The translations under genes and the position numbers were made by a program. 26,346 bases of DNA from Octopus sinensis (lineage: Eukaryota), in assembly GCF_006345805.1 (NCBI RefSeq), contig NW_021824291.1, positions 1 to 26,346 of the forward strand. Direction: 5' to 3'. Within the stretch, counting starts at the first letter, position 1, and each line of letters opens with the position of its first letter. Shown one piece after another: positions 19,912 through 26,346 of the stretch. Under the pieces are notes generated by a model. That model searched no databases and was not told where the DNA came from. It saw only the letters and a program-made list of their open reading frames with translations.

Positions 19912-20390
19912 TGTATGGCTATGAGTTAAGAGATTTGCTCCTCCAACCACTGCCAACCACTTTCGGCAAATGTCTTCGGCCCTGTCAATGAATTTGGTCG
20001 ATGCTAACTGAAATACTTCCTGTTTCTTTGTTACCCACAAGGGGCTAAACACAGAGGGGACAAACAAGGACAGACATAGATATTAAGTCGATTACATCGA
20101 CCCCAGTGTGTAACTGGTACTTAATTTATCGACCCCGAAAGGATGAAAGGCAAAGTCGACCTCGGCGGGATTTGAACTCACAACGTAATGGCAGACGAAA
20201 TACCGCTAAGCATTTCGCCCACCGTCCTAACGATTCTGCCAGCTCGCCGTCACACGTGTGCGCGCGCTCGGATGTTTGTCTTTGTGCTTGCCCTTGGCTA
20301 CTGTTTGCACAACCGGTGTTCGTCTGTTTACATCACCGTAACTTATCGCTCTTGACTAAGAAACCGATCGGATAAATACCAGGCTAACGT
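19912..20390 (+). mobile_element. Very old SINE A interrupted by a SINE B
   Basis: Degenerate head at 19912-20012 and tail at 20250-20390 flank an antisense SINE B. Confidence 0.6.
20014..20248 (-). mobile_element. SINE family B, full length
   Basis: Closely matches the 14361 and 18827 copies; no clear TSD. Confidence 0.95.
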
Positions 20391-20723
20391 GGAAGAGAAT
20401 GAAATACTAGAGATTGAAAGAAGACGAAAAGTTTGACGTAACAAAAACGTAAGTTCAAGTCATTCTTTAACTCACTCCCCATTACCTAATGCATTTCTAC
20501 TTTTGGCCCAAAGAACTCCGTTTCAATTTCCTGTTCTTCTACATCTCCTTTTTTGGCAGACAGGAGATGTTGTGTGAGGGAGATTTAGTGCTTATTTCTC
20601 AAAAATTACTAAATTTTTTTTACTTTACAATGATGGTTATAAAAAGGAGAGTACGGGTTTTGTGAATGTTCATTTAGTAAAAATCACCCATATCTAGATA
20701 CACAATACACACACACACAAACA

Positions 20724-20768
<45 letters not shown>

Positions 20769-20898
20769 ATTCTTTCAGTGTGTGTGTATACACCCGGAAA
20801 TGACGATGTTGCGCTGATGGTTATAGTTGTCATGAAGGTGATAAAAGGGTCGGCGATGACGATGGTTGGTATGGATGATGGCGGTGATGTCGGTGTTG

Positions 20899-20914
20899 AT
20901 TATTATTATTATTA

Positions 20915-20960
<46 letters not shown>

Positions 20961-20976
20961 GTTGTTATTATTGTTG

Positions 20977-21011
<35 letters not shown>

Positions 21012-21129
21012 GTTATTATTATTATTATTATTATTGTTATTGTTATTATTATTATTATTATTATATTATTATTATTATTAATTTTTTTATTATTATTATT
21101 ATATTATTATTATTTTTATTATTATTATA

Positions 21130-21174
<45 letters not shown>

Positions 21175-21282
21175 TATTATATTATTATTATTATTATTAC
21201 CATTATTATTATTATATTATTATTATATATTATCATTATTATTATCCATTATTATATTATTATTATTATTATCATCATTATA

Positions 21283-21330
<48 letters not shown>

Positions 21331-21375
21331 TACTATTATTATTATCATTATCATATTATTATTACTACTATTATT

Positions 21376-21416
<41 letters not shown>

Positions 21417-21498
21417 CATTATATTATATTATTATTATTATTTATTATTATGGGTTATTATTATTTATTATTTTATTATTATTATTATTATTATCATT

Positions 21499-21529
<31 letters not shown>

Positions 21530-21670
21530 TTATTATTTTTTTATTATTATTATTTTATTATTATTAGTGTGTTATTATTGTTGTTGTTATTATTATTATT
21601 ATTATTCTTATTATTATTATTGTGTATTATTATATTATTATTATGTTAGGTTATATTATTATTATATTTT

Positions 21671-21701
<31 letters not shown>

Positions 21702-21891
21702 TTATATATTTTATTATTATTTTTATTATTATTATTATTTTATTATTATTATTATATTTTATTATTATCATATCATTATATTATTATTATTATATTATTA
21801 TTACCATTATTATTATATTATTATTATTATTATATTATATTATTATTATCATTATTATTATTATTATTATTATTATCATCTTATTATTATA

Positions 21892-21930
<39 letters not shown>

Positions 21931-22096
21931 TACTATTATTATTATCATTATCATTATTATTATTACTACTATTATTATTATCATTATCATTATTATTATT
22001 ATTATATTATTATCATTATCATTATATTATTATTATTATTATTATTATTGTTATTATTATTATTATATTTTATTAATTATTATTATTATCATCATT

Positions 22097-22127
<31 letters not shown>

Positions 22128-22328
22128 TTATTTTTATTATCGATTATTATTATTATTATCAGTATCATATTATATTATTATTATTATTACCATTATTATT
22201 ATTATTATTATTATTATTATCATTATTATTATCATTATTATATTATTATTATTATTATTATCATCATTTTTTATTATTATTATTATTATATTATTATTAT
22301 ATTTATTATTATTTTTATTATTTTATTA

Positions 22329-22371
<43 letters not shown>

Positions 22372-22552
22372 TATTATCATTATATTATTATTATTATATT
22401 ATTATATTACCATTATTATTATTATTATTATTATTATCATCATTATTATTATCATTATTATATTATTATATTATTATCATCATATTATTATTATATTATT
22501 ATTATTATTATTATTATTATTACTACTACTATTATTATTATCATTATCAATA

Positions 22553-22589
<37 letters not shown>

Positions 22590-22634
22590 CATTATCATTA
22601 TTATTATTATTATATTATTATTATTATTATTTTA

Positions 22635-22678
<44 letters not shown>

Positions 22679-22695
22679 TATTATCATCATTATTA

Positions 22696-22730
<35 letters not shown>

Positions 22731-22742
22731 TACACTATTATT

Positions 22743-22777
<35 letters not shown>

Positions 22778-22797
22778 ATTATTATTATTATTATATT

Positions 22798-22862
<65 letters not shown>

Positions 22863-22872
22863 TACTATTATT

Positions 22873-22915
<43 letters not shown>

Positions 22916-22944
22916 TATTATTATTATTATTACTATATTATTTA

Positions 22945-22975
<31 letters not shown>

Positions 22976-23005
22976 TATTATATTATTATATTATTATCAT
23001 TATTA

Positions 23006-23037
<32 letters not shown>

Positions 23038-23082
23038 TATTATTATTATTATTACTCTATTATTATATCATTATCATTATCA

Positions 23083-23114
<32 letters not shown>

Positions 23115-23182
23115 TATTATTATTATTATCATTATATTATTATATTATTATTATTATTATTATTGTATTATTATTATTATTA

Positions 23183-23214
<32 letters not shown>

Positions 23215-23300
23215 TTTATTTTATTATTATTATTATTATTATATTATTATTTTTATTATATTATATTATTATTATTATTTTTATTATTATTATTATTTTT

Positions 23301-23331
<31 letters not shown>

Positions 23332-23393
23332 TCATATTATATATTATTATTATTATTTATTATCATTATCATTATTATTATTATTATATTATT

Positions 23394-23455
<62 letters not shown>

Positions 23456-23487
23456 ATTATTATATTATTATTATTATATTATTATTA

Positions 23488-23522
<35 letters not shown>

Positions 23523-23523
23523 T
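20899..23523. repeat. ~2.6-kb degenerate (ATT)n array with ATC/ACT/GTT variants
   Basis: Seen directly; produces the spurious 432-aa and 651-aa poly-I/L/Y ORFs. Confidence 0.98.
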
Positions 23524-23647
23524 GTTCAACACACACTGGGAAATATTGTGTCAGCGCCCTTATGTTCAAGTTATTAGAGATGAAGTTGGGAGAGAAAGGA
23601 AGGTGGGCGAGAGAAAGGGGAGTCGGTTTGATAAAAACACCTCCCTA

Positions 23648-24203
23648 GCCACCACCACCACCATCTCAATCGGGGATTCACCGCTACCAGCACCAGCACC
23701 TCCACCACCACCACCACCACCACCACCACCACACCACCAGCACCACCACCACCACCATACATTACCAGAGTTGATACCACCACCGCTACCACCGCCACAA
23801 CAGCTGACACTCTGCTACTACCACCACCACCACCACCAACAACAACAAAAACTGATGATACCCCTCGTCCTCCTCCGCCTCACCGCCGCCGCCGCCGCCA
23901 CTATCAATGTGACAGTCATTTGTCATCGATACTGATTCATGTTGTCATTGTAGTTTGTTGTCATCACCAGTGGGGGAGCGCCATCTTCGTCGACGTCGTC
24001 TTCATTCCACACACACACACACACACACACACGTGTACATCCTACACTGCTGTCAGTCATTATCTTACTACTGCTGCTGCTGCTGCTGCTGATGTTGTTG
24101 TTGTTGTTGTAGAACCCCCCCACTCCATAGTTGTTTCCTGCCATTGTTGCTGTTATTTCTATTGTTGAGAGGTTAAAGCCGTTGTTGTTATTGCAATTAT
24201 TGT

Positions 24204-24245
<42 letters not shown>
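23648..24245. repeat. Mixed trinucleotide low-complexity region: (CCA)n, (GCC)n, (CAA)n, (CTG)n, (GTT)n, plus (AC)n
   Basis: Seen directly. Confidence 0.9.
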
Positions 24246-24246
<1 letters not shown>

Positions 24247-24295
24247 TCCCTTGTTCTGGCAATTGCTGTTGTTCTTGTCCCTTTCAACATCAAAG
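24069..24295 (-). CDS. Candidate internal coding exon, N/S-rich (FDVERDKNNSNCQNKGN-S(n)-RNNNCNNNNGFNLSTIEITATMAGNNYGVGGFYNNNNNISSS)
   Basis: TTTTTTTATAG acceptor (AG at 24297-96), open frame, A|GTAAGA donor at 24068; 227 bp (phase 2 in, phase 1 out). No homology recognised. Confidence 0.3.
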
Positions 24296-25010
24296 CTATA
24301 AAAAAACGGTTGAAAGTGTCCTTTGCACCGGATGTCCTCCTTCCGACCACGGGTTAGTTATCTCCCTTTTTTGCTTTTACCGAGTTCCATATGGAGTTAC
24401 CTTTACCTGTTATACCTCTACGAAATCAGGTGAAACCAGGTGCCACAAATAGATTGGTCTCAATGTTTGGCTCATTTCGTGGGGAGGCGGAGTAGGGGTG
24501 GGGTAACTCATTGACGTCGTCGGCTTCATGAATTTCGAACCTTGACATCCTGGGTTCGCTCCACGTCGAAGCCGGTTTGCCTTTCTTTCTTTCTTTCTTG
24601 CAGATGTCAGGACACTAAAACAAGATAAGAAAAATGAGAATGAAAAGAATGGTGGGAAGTATATAACGGAGGAGGAGGGGGAGGAGGAGGAGGATGAGGA
24701 GGAGGAGGAGGAGGTTTACTTATAAAATGTAATAAAGTTAAAACAAAAAATATATTCTCGCCACTCTGCCTCTTCCTACTCCTAACTTCTGCCTCACCAT
24801 CTTCATCATCAACAGTAACAAAAACTTAAAATCCAGGATTCGAAGATTCTAAAGAAAATAAACGTAAAATTTGAATGATGTGTAAATGTATTTGCTGAAA
24901 GGAAGAGAAAAATAATTAACATTTCGGATAAAGGTCCTTTAATCAAGATAAAGAATTGACCGAATCAAGTTATTAGAGGGAAATCATGTTAATGGATTTT
25001 GAGCTTCGAA

Positions 25011-25210
25011 GGCAGCGATCTGGCAGGATCGTTAACAAAGTGCTTAGCGGTATTTCGTCCGTTTTTACATTCTCAGTTCAAATTTTGCTGAGATCCACTT
25101 TGGTTTTCATCCTTCGGGGTCGATAAATTAAGTACCAGTTGAACACTGGGGTTAATGTAAACGACTTACCTCCTGCCTTGAAATTGCTGGCTTTGTGCCA
25201 AGATTTGAAA
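25011..25210 (+). mobile_element. SINE family B, degenerate
   Basis: CTGGCAGGATCGTTA head and CATCCTTCGGGGTCGATAAATTAAGTACCAG domain. Confidence 0.8.
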
Positions 25211-26249
25211 TCCATTTATTACCTAACCCGTTTTCTGTTCCTGGCTGGTGTTCATGGCTTGCGTGTCCTTCAAACTTTGCTTTTGCAACCCGGATGATAT
25301 TTTGAAAGATACCAGTTTCATTTGGAAAAAACTGAATTTGCACATTTTCATTCATAGAAAGTCAGAGTAGAAAACGACACTTAATGTCTACCAAATGCTA
25401 GCAACCGCTCAGCGCCATCAGATCGGCTGATCCACAGAAGTAACTGGAACGTAAGTGAACGGAAACGTTGTAGAAAATTCTAGAATGTTTTTGAAAATAC
25501 CCGATTAGTTTGCATATGGGGAAGAGTGTGAAAGGTCCAGTGATGTCTGCTAGAATGTGAATGGGTTTGTATTTGTCAGATGGGCTCAAAATGACTGAGA
25601 AACAGTTGGAGGAAATATAGGCGCTTGTTGACACTTATAGCGAGAGACATGCTTAAATGGCAAATAAATCCTTTTTCTAATATTTTAATTGGGAAAGGAC
25701 ATCGCTACTGAAACGACCAGTCACAAGTTTCATTGTCATCATCTTATAATTACAATTCACAACGGATAACAAGATCAAAGCAGCCAATTTCCCTCAAATT
25801 ACACTCTACTGGAAGAACATGGATAATGTAGCAAATCCAAGAAAAAAAAGAATGGATGATCATGTCTGGAGAGTCTGTGATCATGAATCTACCCAATTAA
25901 AGAAGACCTGTCGAAAACAACAGCACCTATTCACAACCCAATCGCCTAAACAACTCCGGAAGGATTTTACTTCATCTCTTCATCTTTTATTTCTCCTCCC
26001 GATTATTTTCTTCTAACTTCCTTTTTTTTCTTATTCTTGTCGTCTTTATTTTTTTATTTCCTTCATTCCCTTCTTTGTTTTTCGTTTTATTTTATTTTCC
26101 CTCATCACATCCCTGACATCTTTTAAGAAAGTGAAGATGACACTATCGTCTGCTAAATCATTAGAGCTGAGTTTTAATAGTCGCCGTCATTAAGATGAAG
26201 TTTCTCGCCTTTCCTTAGACTCTTTGTCCAACTTCGGGATAAAAGCCGA

Positions 26250-26261
26250 TGTATGTATGTA

Positions 26262-26346
<85 letters not shown>
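26250..26346. repeat. (TATG)n then (TG)n microsatellite running to the window end
   Basis: Seen directly. Confidence 0.95.

Noticed and set aside
20778-23648. 432-aa, 651-aa and 161-aa ORFs
   Set aside because: The (ATT)n strand lacks stop codons by composition; the products are poly-I/L/Y with no domain.
24604-24725. Plus-strand acceptor (TTTCTTGCAG) with an open E-rich frame
   Set aside because: No convincing donor; the frame runs into a (GAG)n microsatellite and a stop.
25152-26016. Short ORFs and splice-like sites near the window end
   Set aside because: The acceptor/donor pairs tested enclose stops in all frames, and no motifs were recognised.
1-26346. CRISPR array or prokaryotic operon
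   Set aside because: There are no regularly spaced direct repeats with unique spacers; the recurrent sequences are dispersed eukaryotic SINEs.

Overview
Repeat-saturated eukaryotic, largely non-coding DNA. It is most likely from an octopus (coleoid cephalopod), judged by the dense tRNA-headed SINE families and the extreme microsatellite load; this is a recognition-based inference. No complete host gene or prokaryotic-type system (CRISPR, operon) is supported, and almost all listed ORFs are microsatellite artefacts. Supported content: about 9 copies or fragments of SINE family A (tRNA head, CORE-like segment, internal TA/TG microsatellite, GAGTAAAA tail); about 9 of SINE family B (Deu/Nin-like central domain, several with 13-18 bp TSDs); one SINE of a third family; four RTE-clade LINE remnants; three non-autonomous Helitrons (5' TC, 3' hairpin-CTAG, A|T target) with mixed modules; one hAT-type MITE split by SINEs; and a 2.6-kb degenerate (ATT)n array. 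Most interesting signals: minimal Penelope-type hammerhead ribozyme motifs (3292-3326 canonical core, 16556-16593 A6C-type variant); a multi-step templated-insertion scar at an RTE truncation junction (15045-15200); Helitron end/module swapping; a ~600-bp higher-order periodicity in the (ATT)n array; and closely spaced inverted SINE pairs that could form dsRNA. Two weak minus-strand exon candidates (24069-24295, 3858-4069) are phase-compatible but unproven.
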